Positions 9,921 to 18,362 of a DNA stretch of 64,000 nt are shown piece after piece. The translations under genes were made by a program, and so were the position numbers. The stretch is from Candidatus Yanofskybacteria bacterium RIFCSPHIGHO2_01_FULL_44_22 (GTDB lineage: Bacteria > Patescibacteriota > Minisyncoccia > 2-02-FULL-40-12 > GWA2-44-9), in contig MGJJ01000019.1 in assembly GCA_001794205.1 (NCBI GenBank), positions 1,353 to 65,352 of the forward strand, given 5' to 3'. Below the pieces are notes generated by a model, which was given only the letters and a program-made list of their open reading frames with translations, searched no databases and was not told where the DNA came from. Each line of letters begins with the position of its first letter. Within the stretch, counting starts at the first letter, position 1.

Positions 9921-9926
9921 AAAATG

Positions 9927-9951
9927 AAAAAGCCCCGACCAATTATGGGGC
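9927..9951 (-). terminator. Intrinsic terminator of the minus-strand orphan gene
   Basis: Minus strand GCCCC-ataattggtc-GGGGC-TTTTT. Confidence 0.5.
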
Positions 9952-10341
9952 GGAGCGTTGGAGAGTTTGTGCGCACTTTGAGCACTTCAATCTTTTTCCC
10001 TTGAGAAAAAGCTTCAATTTGCGAAGAACCTCCTGGAAGTGATTGTACGAATATTGCGGCTGCGTTTTAAAATATGCTCTCCAGATTGCTAAAGTAATTT
10101 GTTCAATCTGTCTCGGATAAAGATAAAATGAAAATCTTTCTTTCCGGCCGCCAGTGTGCGATTCTTTGACGGAAAACTTTAGATAGCAACCTCCGTCGCG
10201 CGCAAGTCCTTTTATTGCTACCATGTCTTCAGGTACATTCAAGTCAATGGAATCGTCCGGTTCAAACCAGTGAAATACAATCTGCCGGCCGACAAGGCTT
10301 TCTCTTGCACAATTATTTTTACGATTTAACTGTTTGGCCAC
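9943..10341 (-). CDS. Hypothetical (orphan) protein
   Basis: 132-aa ORF with SD AGGAGG before GTG, upstream sigma70 promoter and downstream terminator; no family recognised. Confidence 0.65.
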   Translation of the reverse strand: MAKQLNRKNNCARESLVGRQIVFHWFEPDDSIDLNVPEDMVAIKGLARDGGCYLKFSVKESHTGGRKERFSFYLYPRQIEQITLAIWRAYFKTQPQYSYNHFQEVLRKLKLFLKGKRLKCSKCAQTLQRSAP

Positions 10342-10387
10342 GAACCCCTCCTCTTATAAAGAACTTCATAGGACCTTGCTTGCGGTA

Positions 10388-10416
10388 ATGGTAACAAACT
10401 ATTGTTTTTTAAGCAA
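10388..10416 (-). promoter_or_regulatory. Sigma70-type promoter of the orphan gene
   Basis: Minus strand TTGCTT-17 nt-TACCAT with an upstream TG. Confidence 0.6.
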
Positions 10417-10560
10417 TATCATCAACGGCGCCGTGGAATATTTTTCTTTTGGGACGGGCGAGAAAAGCGAAAAGATTGCATCCGCTTGCGTCTGTTGAAC
10501 AAGGGGCAGGGGGGCGGAATGCTTTTAATTTTTATTTTGTTAGGTTAAGATTAATTGAAC

Positions 10561-11283
10561 ATGACAGCAAAAATCCAAAACACGATAAAAATATCCAGAA
10601 GTGGACTAAAATTATTTCTTGATTGCCCGAGGTGTTTTTGGCTGGATGTCCATCACAAGATAAAACGCCCGCCGGGATATCCGTATACTTTATCGGCGGC
10701 GGTGGATTATTTGGTGAAACAGGAATTTGACAAATATCGGGTGGACGGCAAGCTGCCGCCTGTTTTTGCGAAAGAAGAACTGGACGCAAAATTATTTTCC
10801 GGAGACAAACTGGCGGATTGGAGAAATAATTTTCGGGGCGTTTCATATTTTGATGAAAACCTGAACGCAATATTGTACGGCGCCGTTGATGATGTGCTTG
10901 AATTTTCCGACGGCTCTTTGGCGGTAGTTGATTATAAATCATCCGGTTCAAAAGAGATAACAATTTACGACGATTACCAAAAACAGATGGAGATTTATTC
11001 CTGGTTGTTGCAGAGAAACGGCTATCAAACCCAGCCCCACGCGTATTTTGTTTTTTATGTCGTCCAGAAAGACGGCGGCGGGTTTACCAATGTTTTGCCG
11101 TTCAGGGAAGAATTAAGGCGTGTTGACGTTAAACCTGATTGGGTCGGCGATACATTTGAAAGAGCGATAGAAACCGCGCGCCAGGAAACTGCGCCGGTAA
11201 ATTCCGACCATTGTGACCACTGTCATTATGTTGACCGGGTGGTAGAAGTTAGAGGGGCGATTCCTTGGGATAGCAATATTTAA
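10561..11283 (+). CDS. PD-(D/E)XK nuclease, RecB/AddB/Cas4-like superfamily
   Basis: S.S.L.LF..CPRCF N-terminus, GAVDD...VVDYKS, QMEIY, C-terminal CDHC. Confidence 0.85.
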   Translation: MTAKIQNTIKISRSGLKLFLDCPRCFWLDVHHKIKRPPGYPYTLSAAVDYLVKQEFDKYRVDGKLPPVFAKEELDAKLFSGDKLADWRNNFRGVSYFDENLNAILYGAVDDVLEFSDGSLAVVDYKSSGSKEITIYDDYQKQMEIYSWLLQRNGYQTQPHAYFVFYVVQKDGGGFTNVLPFREELRRVDVKPDWVGDTFERAIETARQETAPVNSDHCDHCHYVDRVVEVRGAIPWDSNI

Positions 11284-11378
11284 AAACTCGAACTTTCACT
11301 ACCCGGTTGAAATGGCTTCCCAGCACAAAATTACGCCAGATTTAAACATTTAATTTTCCCCGTTTGTTCCATTCAACT

Positions 11379-11426
11379 CTTTTTCTATTATTTACCGTTC
11401 GTACGAACGGTAAATAATAGAAAAAG
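11379..11426. repeat. 48-bp perfect loopless palindrome (left of PaaX/Cas2-like gene)
   Basis: CTTTTTCTATTATTTACCGTTCGT|ACGAACGGTAAATAATAGAAAAAG, 24-bp arms. Confidence 0.95.
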
Positions 11427-11495
11427 CGGAAGCGACTGTTCAAATATTCTGACATTCAAACAATGCTTGCGGAAACAATAAATGTTTAAAAATTC

Positions 11496-12029
11496 ATGAA
11501 AGAAAAATTTATTATTCAATTTTTAGAAGAATTGGTAAGTGCGCTTGGGGAGTTGAGTCGTTCTTTGAGCAGGATTTCTTATAAGGGATTCAGGTATAGC
11601 GATTTTAATACGAACTTGCTTGACCATGGTAAACGATACTCCGGTTTTAAAAATCTGGAACGGCGCGGCATTATAAGAAGAAAAAACGGCGATGAGTTTA
11701 TTTTTACAAAAAACGGGCAAAAGTGGTTTCAAGAATCGCATGCGCGATATTTTAAAAACAAAAACAACGGAAAATGGGACGGCAAGTGGCGAGTTGTGAT
11801 TTTTGACATTCCCCAAGAATTACACAAACAAAGAATAAAATTTCGGACAAAATTATTGAGCTTAGGCTTCAGCGCGTTGCAAAAGAGCGTTTTTGTTTTT
11901 CCTTATCCATGCGATAAGGAATTGGGGGACATATGTGAAAAGCTTGGTATAACTGATTATGTTGACAGGATTGTTGCCGAATCGATTGGTTTCTGCGAAT
12001 CGGGATTTCTTAAAAAATTTGGTTTATAG
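11496..12029 (+). CDS. PaaX-like protein: winged HTH plus Cas2-like (ferredoxin-fold) central domain
   Basis: FKNLERRGII...FIFTKNG (wHTH wing), then WDGKWRVVIFDIP...R..FR..L..LGF..LQKSVFVFPYPC. Confidence 0.85.
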   Translation: MKEKFIIQFLEELVSALGELSRSLSRISYKGFRYSDFNTNLLDHGKRYSGFKNLERRGIIRRKNGDEFIFTKNGQKWFQESHARYFKNKNNGKWDGKWRVVIFDIPQELHKQRIKFRTKLLSLGFSALQKSVFVFPYPCDKELGDICEKLGITDYVDRIVAESIGFCESGFLKKFGL

Positions 12030-12034
12030 CGTAA

Positions 12035-12088
12035 CACAATGTCCTATTATTTCTCTTTCGTACGAAAGAGAAATAATAGGACATTGTG
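12035..12088. repeat. 54-bp perfect loopless palindrome (right of PaaX/Cas2-like gene)
   Basis: CACAATGTCCTATTATTTCTCTTTCGT|ACGAAAGAGAAATAATAGGACATTGTG, 27-bp arms; begins 5 nt after the stop codon. Confidence 0.95.
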
Positions 12089-12123
12089 GACAAAATGGCC
12101 AACAGCAGCAGAATCTTTACTCT

Positions 12124-12157
12124 GCATAAGGCCACACACGGCATAAGGCCGCACACA
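12124..12157 (+). repeat. 17-bp imperfect tandem duplication
   Basis: GCATAAGGCCACACACG / GCATAAGGCCGCACACA (15/17). Confidence 0.7.
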
Positions 12158-12196
12158 CTCCTTTTTTAATTTAATACACCTGTTATTATTACTTGC

Positions 12197-13639
12197 ATGA
12201 ATCAAAAACCCAAAATCACCGCCGAGCATTTTTATAAATTTTTCCAGTGTCCGCACTGGATTTGGTATGACATTTACGGCGACGCCAAACAAAAAAAACA
12301 CACCCCGCCCCTTTTGGATATTATTTACAAAGGCAAAGTGTCCGAAGCTGAAAAAATTCTAAGCCAGCGCAAACAATTTGAACAGGTAAGGCCGGAGCTG
12401 ATGCGCGACATAGAGGAAGGTTTTTTGGCAACGCTTGAGCTGATGAAACAGGGCAAGAATATCTATCACGGCGTTTTGATGAATGAGGACTGGGTGGGAA
12501 TGCCGGATTTATTGGAAGCCAGACCGGGCAAGTCGGATTTGGGCGCTTGGCATTATGTCGTTTATGACGTTCAGCAGTCGCTTGAATTGCGGGATGAATT
12601 TCGTTTCCAGCTTGTTTTTTACAGCCTGATACTGGAACGGATACAAGGCGTGCGCCCGAGCCACGCTTATATCATAGACCCCGAAGGCAACGAGCGGGCC
12701 TTTTTAATTGACGATTATGTGGAGCAATTCCATCTGTCTCTTGCCCAGATTGAAAAAATTCTGGAAGGCGAAAAACCACTGCCGTTTTTGAAGAGCGGCT
12801 GTCGGCGTACTCCCTGGTATTCTCTTTGCGTTTCCGAAACGGAAGGCTGCAGCGACGTGTCGCTGGTTTACCGCTTGAGCCAGGCGGACCAACGCCACCT
12901 TTACGATATCGGCATAAAAACTATTTTTAATTTGGCTGAGGCCGATGTCAATGATTTAAGGATAAAACTCGAAGATTGGCCGTTCGACAAAATCGTGCGA
13001 TTAAACAATCAGGCCAAAGTGCTTGTTTCGCGGGAACCGCTTATATTAAAAAAGGGCGAATTTCCGTCCGTTAAGAATGAAATATATTTTGACATTGAGA
13101 GCGACCCGACCAGAGACATAGATTATCTGCTTGGTATTTTGGTCAAATCCGGTGGCAAGGGAAACGGTGAGTATCATTATTTTCTAGCCCACAACAAAGA
13201 GGAGGAACCGGAAATGTGGAAAAAGTTTCTGGATTTTCTCGCCGAACTCGACGACTTCGTTATCTATCATTACGCGTTTTACGAGAGGCGGGTTTTTGAC
13301 CGCTTGGCATCTCGCTATGGCGCTCCGGAAAGCTTGGTCGCCAAGTTTAGGGAGAATACGATTGATATCCACTTGAAACTGGTTGAATCGGCGGTTTTGC
13401 CCCTGTATTTTTACAGCCTCAAAGACGCGGCCAAATATTTGGGCTATCAATGGAACGACCCGGAAGCCGGCGGCGCCGAGTCGGTAGTTTGGTATAATGA
13501 TTGGTTGGACAAACACAATAACGCCGTTTTGAAAAAAATTCTCAAATACAACGAAGACGACGTCAGGGCGACTCTGCGTATTAAAGAATGGCTGGAAACG
13601 CAGGCGCCCAAAAAATCCAGAGAAAAATTGGAAGAATAA
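12197..13639 (+). CDS. RecB-family nuclease with C-terminal RNase H-like (DEDD) domain (TM0106-like)
   Basis: QCPH, GMPDLLE, QLVFY, Cys cluster, helix-hairpin-helix region, YFDIES...HY...YSLK...YNEDDV. Confidence 0.85.
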   Translation: MNQKPKITAEHFYKFFQCPHWIWYDIYGDAKQKKHTPPLLDIIYKGKVSEAEKILSQRKQFEQVRPELMRDIEEGFLATLELMKQGKNIYHGVLMNEDWVGMPDLLEARPGKSDLGAWHYVVYDVQQSLELRDEFRFQLVFYSLILERIQGVRPSHAYIIDPEGNERAFLIDDYVEQFHLSLAQIEKILEGEKPLPFLKSGCRRTPWYSLCVSETEGCSDVSLVYRLSQADQRHLYDIGIKTIFNLAEADVNDLRIKLEDWPFDKIVRLNNQAKVLVSREPLILKKGEFPSVKNEIYFDIESDPTRDIDYLLGILVKSGGKGNGEYHYFLAHNKEEEPEMWKKFLDFLAELDDFVIYHYAFYERRVFDRLASRYGAPESLVAKFRENTIDIHLKLVESAVLPLYFYSLKDAAKYLGYQWNDPEAGGAESVVWYNDWLDKHNNAVLKKILKYNEDDVRATLRIKEWLETQAPKKSREKLEE

Positions 13640-13712
13640 TATTTTAAAAAAATAAAAATCGCCCAAGGTTCGGCCCCTTGAACATATTTTCAGGCGTGTT
13701 ATCATCTCGACA

Positions 13713-15029
13713 ATGATAAATTCCCGGTTGCTAATCGGAATAATAATCATATCTCTTTTTCTTTTCGGTTTTGTTTTTCCCCAGGCCGTAAACAAGGGGG
13801 CCGATTTCGTTAATGGCAAAACGTCCCTCGGTTTGCCCCATTTTTGGAATATGCCGTTCCGTTTCGGTCTCGATTTGCTTGGCGGAACGCATCTTTTGTA
13901 CCAGGCCGACCTTTCGGCCATCGAGCAAAAATCAGAAGCCATGCAGGGGATACGGGATGTGATAGAACGAAGGGTGAATTTTTTCGGCGTGGCCGAACCG
14001 GTTGTCCAAATCCAGGGAGACGACCGCTTGGCGGTCGAATTGGCCGGCATAAAAAACGTCAATCAGGCAATCCGGCTTATCGGCGAGACGCCGTTCCTGG
14101 AATTCAAAGAAGAAAAGCCCGATACCCAGGCGATTCTGGAGGCCCAACAGAAAGGAGAACGGCTGAACGAGGAACCTTTTCAAAACACCGGTTTAAACGG
14201 CCGCCATTTGGCCAAAGCCCAGCTTGTTTTTGACCCCCAGACTTACGCGCCGGAAGTCAGTCTTGATTTGAATGAAGAAGGGGCTAAGCTGTTCGCGGAA
14301 CTGACCAAAAGAAACCTGAATAAAATCATAGCCATCTATCTTGACGGCCTTCCGATTTCAACGCCGGTTGTCCAATCGGAAATTCCCAACGGAAAGGCGA
14401 TTATCTCTGGCAAGTTTACTCCGGCGGAAGCCAAACTCCTTGCCACTCGCCTGAATTCCGGCGCCCTGCCGGTGCCGATAAAATTAATAAGTCAGCAGAC
14501 TATCGGCGCTTCGCTCGGAGCCGCTTCTCTGACCAAAAGCCTTAAGGCCGGCGTTTGGGGTTTGATTTTGGTCGGCGCGTTCATGATTTTTTTCTATCGT
14601 CTGCCCGGAATTGTTTCGGTGATTGCCCTCATTGTCTATGTGTTGATAGTTTTGACGATTTATAAATTGGTACCCGTCACGCTTACTCTGGCCGGCATTG
14701 CCGGTTTCATTTTGTCTTTGGGCATGGCCGTTGACGCCAATGTTCTGATTTTCGCCCGCATGCGGGAAGAGCTGAAGGCCGGGAAAAGTCTTAACCAGGC
14801 GACCCACGAAGGATTTTCCAGAGCTTGGCTCTCAATCCGCGACAGCCACATTACGACTTTCATCGGCGCCCTGGTTTTGTATTTGTTCACCACCTCAATC
14901 GTAAAAGGATTTGCTCTCACTTTGGGCATAGGCGTTCTTACCAGCCTGTTGACTGCCACGGTGGTAACGAGAAACTTTTTAAATTTGTTCATCGGGCAGA
15001 GATTCGAAAAAATAAGAAGGCTATTTTAG
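13713..15029 (+). CDS. secD: Protein translocase subunit SecD
   Basis: GLDLLGG, IERRVN, LNSGALP, GMAVDANVLIF. Confidence 0.97.
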   Translation: MINSRLLIGIIIISLFLFGFVFPQAVNKGADFVNGKTSLGLPHFWNMPFRFGLDLLGGTHLLYQADLSAIEQKSEAMQGIRDVIERRVNFFGVAEPVVQIQGDDRLAVELAGIKNVNQAIRLIGETPFLEFKEEKPDTQAILEAQQKGERLNEEPFQNTGLNGRHLAKAQLVFDPQTYAPEVSLDLNEEGAKLFAELTKRNLNKIIAIYLDGLPISTPVVQSEIPNGKAIISGKFTPAEAKLLATRLNSGALPVPIKLISQQTIGASLGAASLTKSLKAGVWGLILVGAFMIFFYRLPGIVSVIALIVYVLIVLTIYKLVPVTLTLAGIAGFILSLGMAVDANVLIFARMREELKAGKSLNQATHEGFSRAWLSIRDSHITTFIGALVLYLFTTSIVKGFALTLGIGVLTSLLTATVVTRNFLNLFIGQRFEKIRRLF

Positions 15030-15039
15030 AAATATCAAC

Positions 15040-15945
15040 ATGAAAGCAATTTATAAAATTATGTTTTTCTTTTCTCTGGCCCTGACGATAGCGGCTGTTT
15101 CGGCGGTTGTCGTTTTCGGATTGAATCTCGGTGTGGATTTCAAGGGCGGCAGCGTCATGGAGCTTAATTTTAGAAATGAAAGACCGGACATCGAAGACTT
15201 GCGGAAAGCAATATCGGATTGGACGGCGTTTAAAGATGCGGTTTTCAGTCCGGCCGGAGAAAACGGATTACTTATCAAGGGAGGCGAAATATCAGAGCAA
15301 ACCCACCAGGAAGTCATTCAAAAAATTGCAGCCGCGTTTCCTTCAGCCGGTTTGGAAGAGCAGAAGTTTGATTCGGTCGGTCCGGTAATCGGTTCCGAGC
15401 TTAAACGCAAAAGCGTATCCGCCATTTTTCTGGTCCTTGCGGCGATTATTGTTTACATTGCGATTGTGTTCAGAAAACTTTCGCGAACAATCTCCGGCTG
15501 GGCGATGGGACTGGCGGCGGTGGTTGCCCTGCTTCACGACATGCTTATTCCGGTCGGGGTTTTCGCTTTTCTCGGCCAGTATTACGGAGTGGAAATAAGC
15601 GCCGTATTCGTGGCGGCGGTTTTAACGATTTTAGGCTATTCGGTTTCCGATACCGTGGTGGTATTTGACAGGGTCAGAGAGAATATTATAAAACAGGGTG
15701 TGGGCGAGAGAGGCGAGGGATTCGGAGCGGTGGTTCACAAGAGCATACTTCAAACCCTCACCCGTTCTCTCAATACGACCTTTACCACTTTGCTTTCCTT
15801 GGTAGCCATTTATCTGTTCGGCGGCGAGAGTATAAGGTTTTTTGCCCTTGCCTTGATTATGGGAATTTTCCTGGGTGCCTATTCGTCAATCTTTGTGGCT
15901 TCTCCGCTCTTGATTTGGTGGAACAGGCGGACTGGCCGCCGGTAA
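15040..15945 (+). CDS. secF: Protein translocase subunit SecF
   Basis: GVDFKGG, ALLHD, GYSVSDTVVVFDRVRE, TRSLNT, GAYSSIF. Confidence 0.97.
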   Translation: MKAIYKIMFFFSLALTIAAVSAVVVFGLNLGVDFKGGSVMELNFRNERPDIEDLRKAISDWTAFKDAVFSPAGENGLLIKGGEISEQTHQEVIQKIAAAFPSAGLEEQKFDSVGPVIGSELKRKSVSAIFLVLAAIIVYIAIVFRKLSRTISGWAMGLAAVVALLHDMLIPVGVFAFLGQYYGVEISAVFVAAVLTILGYSVSDTVVVFDRVRENIIKQGVGERGEGFGAVVHKSILQTLTRSLNTTFTTLLSLVAIYLFGGESIRFFALALIMGIFLGAYSSIFVASPLLIWWNRRTGRR

Positions 15946-16000
15946 GCGCTTCTTGTTGACCTAAATTTTATTCTGTAGTATTATAAAATAACAACAAACT

Positions 16001-17056
16001 ATGGCCCAAAACTTATCCGTTTCAATAAACAAAATAGTCGCAAGTCTGGTGAAGAATTTGTCTCCTCGCAATAAGGACATTATTTCCCGCCGTTTTGGGC
16101 TTAAAAACGGCAAAAAAGAAACTCTTGATTCTATCGGTAAAAGTTACGGGATTACCAGAGAACGGGTCAGACAGATTGAAGAATTCATACTTAAGCAGCT
16201 TGCCGGGTCAGCCAAAAACAGCAGCGAGGCTGAAGAATACGTTTCCCTGGCGAACCGAATCATTGACGGCGCCGGAGGCGTAATAAAAGAAAGCGAATTG
16301 TTCAGGAATTTCAGCGGTCATGAAAAAGAATCTTCAGTGAACGCTTCTTTGGTCCTGCTTCTTTCTTTCGGAACGGCTCCGTTGAGAATTTCCGAAAGCG
16401 ACGGTTTAAGGATTTTTTGGGCGCTTGATGAACGGCGCCTCGCGGCTTTTAAAAATGCCGCCGCCTCCGTTGAAAATATTTTAGCCGCCAATAAAAAACC
16501 CGTTGCCGAAGCGGCCTTTGTTTCTATGGTTAAAAATGTCACCGGTTTCGACGGCGGAGAATTGTCGTCTGTCCATCTCGACACCCTTCTTTCCATAAGT
16601 AAAAATATCGGCAGAAACATTTATGGCGAAGTTGGTCTTTTGAACTGTGCAGAAATCAAGCCGAGGGGCGTGAAAGATAAGGCATATTTAATTCTAAGAA
16701 AAGCGAATATTCCCAAGCATTTTGCCGATATCGCCAAATCAATCAATGTCGCCGGCTTTTTCGGTAAAAAAGCCAACGTCCAGACGGTCCACAATGAATT
16801 GATAAAAGACGGACGGTTTGTTCTTGTCGGAAGAGGGATGTACGCCTTGGCTGAATGGGGTTATAAATCCGGAACCGTGAAAGACGTGCTGGTGGACATT
16901 TTAAAGAATTCTCCCAAACCACTTTCCAGGACGGCCTTGCTAACAAGCGTAATGAATGCGAGAATGGTAAAAGAGAATACGGTTCTGCTCAATCTTCAAG
17001 ATTCAAAAATTTTCGCGAAAAGAGAAGACGGAACCTATACTCTTAAAAAGGCTTAA
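16001..17056 (+). CDS. Sigma70 region-4 plus HARE-HTH (RpoE/delta-like) domain protein
   Basis: RRFGL...ETLDSIGKSYGITRERVRQIE; QTVHNELIKDGRFVLVGRGMYALAEWG. Confidence 0.75.
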   Translation: MAQNLSVSINKIVASLVKNLSPRNKDIISRRFGLKNGKKETLDSIGKSYGITRERVRQIEEFILKQLAGSAKNSSEAEEYVSLANRIIDGAGGVIKESELFRNFSGHEKESSVNASLVLLLSFGTAPLRISESDGLRIFWALDERRLAAFKNAAASVENILAANKKPVAEAAFVSMVKNVTGFDGGELSSVHLDTLLSISKNIGRNIYGEVGLLNCAEIKPRGVKDKAYLILRKANIPKHFADIAKSINVAGFFGKKANVQTVHNELIKDGRFVLVGRGMYALAEWGYKSGTVKDVLVDILKNSPKPLSRTALLTSVMNARMVKENTVLLNLQDSKIFAKREDGTYTLKKA

Positions 17057-17062
17057 TTTACC

Positions 17063-18316
17063 GTGGAGCAACTAAGTTTTACTTTTGAGAGCCTGAATTC
17101 GGCTCTCGACATTCTCGCGTCTTTTTGGTGGATTTATTCCCCCTTTTTGCTTTTTTTCGGTTTGACTGCCGCATTCCAGACCTATACCAGAACGAAATAC
17201 ATCCAATCGCTCAAGTGGACGCTATTGGAGTTTCGAATTCCCAAAGAAATACGCAAAAGCCCCAAATCAACCGAGCAGATTTTTAATGCCTTGCACGGGG
17301 TTTTCATCCCTCTCAAATGGCACGAGAAATTTTTTCAGGGCAGGGTAATCGACTGGTTTTCTTTTGAAATTATCGGTTCCGGCGGAGAAATACATTTTTA
17401 CATAAGGACCCCTGAAGCCTATAAAAAGCTTGTCCAGTCCCAAGTATATGCCCAGTATCCGGACACGGAAATTAAAGAAGTGGCTGAAGAAAATGATTAC
17501 ATAACAAATTTATCCTCTTTTCTTCCCAATGATAAAAACGATATTTGGGGCGCGGAACTTGTTTTGAGCAAAGAAGACGCTTTTCCAATCAGAACTTATC
17601 CGGAATTTGAAGAAGTGGCGGTCGGTCGGGAGGACGTTAAAAGGGTTGACCCGATGGCCTCCTTGGCTGAAGTTTTAAGCAGTCTCCAATACGGGGAATT
17701 TATCGGCATTCAGCTTTTAATAAGGCCAACGGGAGATGCCTGGATTAAAAAAGGCCAGGCGGCAGTTGATAAAATAATGGGCAAGGAGGTCAAATCAAAG
17801 CCGGATTTTATGTCCAAACTGATTTTTGCTTTGGATGAATTTATTCCCGGCCATGTTCCTTCGACCCAAAAAGAAGAAAAAAGAGAATCGTCCCAGCTTA
17901 CGCCCGGCAAACAGGATATTTTGAAGGCGATGGAAAAAAGTTTTGCCAAGCTTGGTTTTGAAAGCGGCATTCGGTTTGTTTATACGGCGTCTAAAGAAGT
18001 TTTTCATCGCGCTCATATTTCCGGAGTCATGGGCGCTTACAAACAATTTACATCCCAATCGCTTAACGGCTTCAGAATGAATATCAAGACCGCTCCTTTG
18101 GCCAGGTGGCCGTTTAAAAAACAGAAAATTTTTAACAAGAAAAGAATTTTGTGGAAAAAATTCAGGAAAAGAATGATGACCGTAAGACCGTTTGTTCTGA
18201 ACGTGGAAGAACTGGCGACCATATTCCACTTCCCCGACTTTGGTGTTGAGGCGCCGCTTTTGCCGAGAGTGGAAACTAAAAAAGGCGAACCGCCGGTCGG
18301 ATTGCCGATATCGTAA
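17063..18316 (+). CDS. Membrane-anchored hypothetical protein, probable partner of the downstream VirD4-like ATPase
   Basis: N-terminal TM helix; FSFEI..G.IHFYI, YAQYPD, YPEFE...DPM, LNVEELATIFHFP; adjacent and co-directional with the ATPase. Confidence 0.7.
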   Translation: MEQLSFTFESLNSALDILASFWWIYSPFLLFFGLTAAFQTYTRTKYIQSLKWTLLEFRIPKEIRKSPKSTEQIFNALHGVFIPLKWHEKFFQGRVIDWFSFEIIGSGGEIHFYIRTPEAYKKLVQSQVYAQYPDTEIKEVAEENDYITNLSSFLPNDKNDIWGAELVLSKEDAFPIRTYPEFEEVAVGREDVKRVDPMASLAEVLSSLQYGEFIGIQLLIRPTGDAWIKKGQAAVDKIMGKEVKSKPDFMSKLIFALDEFIPGHVPSTQKEEKRESSQLTPGKQDILKAMEKSFAKLGFESGIRFVYTASKEVFHRAHISGVMGAYKQFTSQSLNGFRMNIKTAPLARWPFKKQKIFNKKRILWKKFRKRMMTVRPFVLNVEELATIFHFPDFGVEAPLLPRVETKKGEPPVGLPIS

Positions 18317-18362
18317 TTTTGGCTATTGTCTATGGACTATAGTCAATGGTTAATTGCTTTTT

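Noticed and set aside
11496-12029. Calling the gene cas2 or a true phenylacetate regulator paaX
   Set aside because: It has an N-terminal wHTH, lacks the PaaX C-terminal domain, and has no cas operon, array or paa genes nearby; no gene symbol was given.
11379-12088. Palindromes as simple terminators or dif/Xer sites
   Set aside because: They have no loop, the right one has no U-tract, one lies upstream of the gene, and they lack the 11-6-11 XerC/XerD layout.
13184-14062. 292-aa minus-strand ORF and the many other antisense or alternate-frame ORFs in the track
   Set aside because: Shadow ORFs of well-supported genes, with no independent coding signal.
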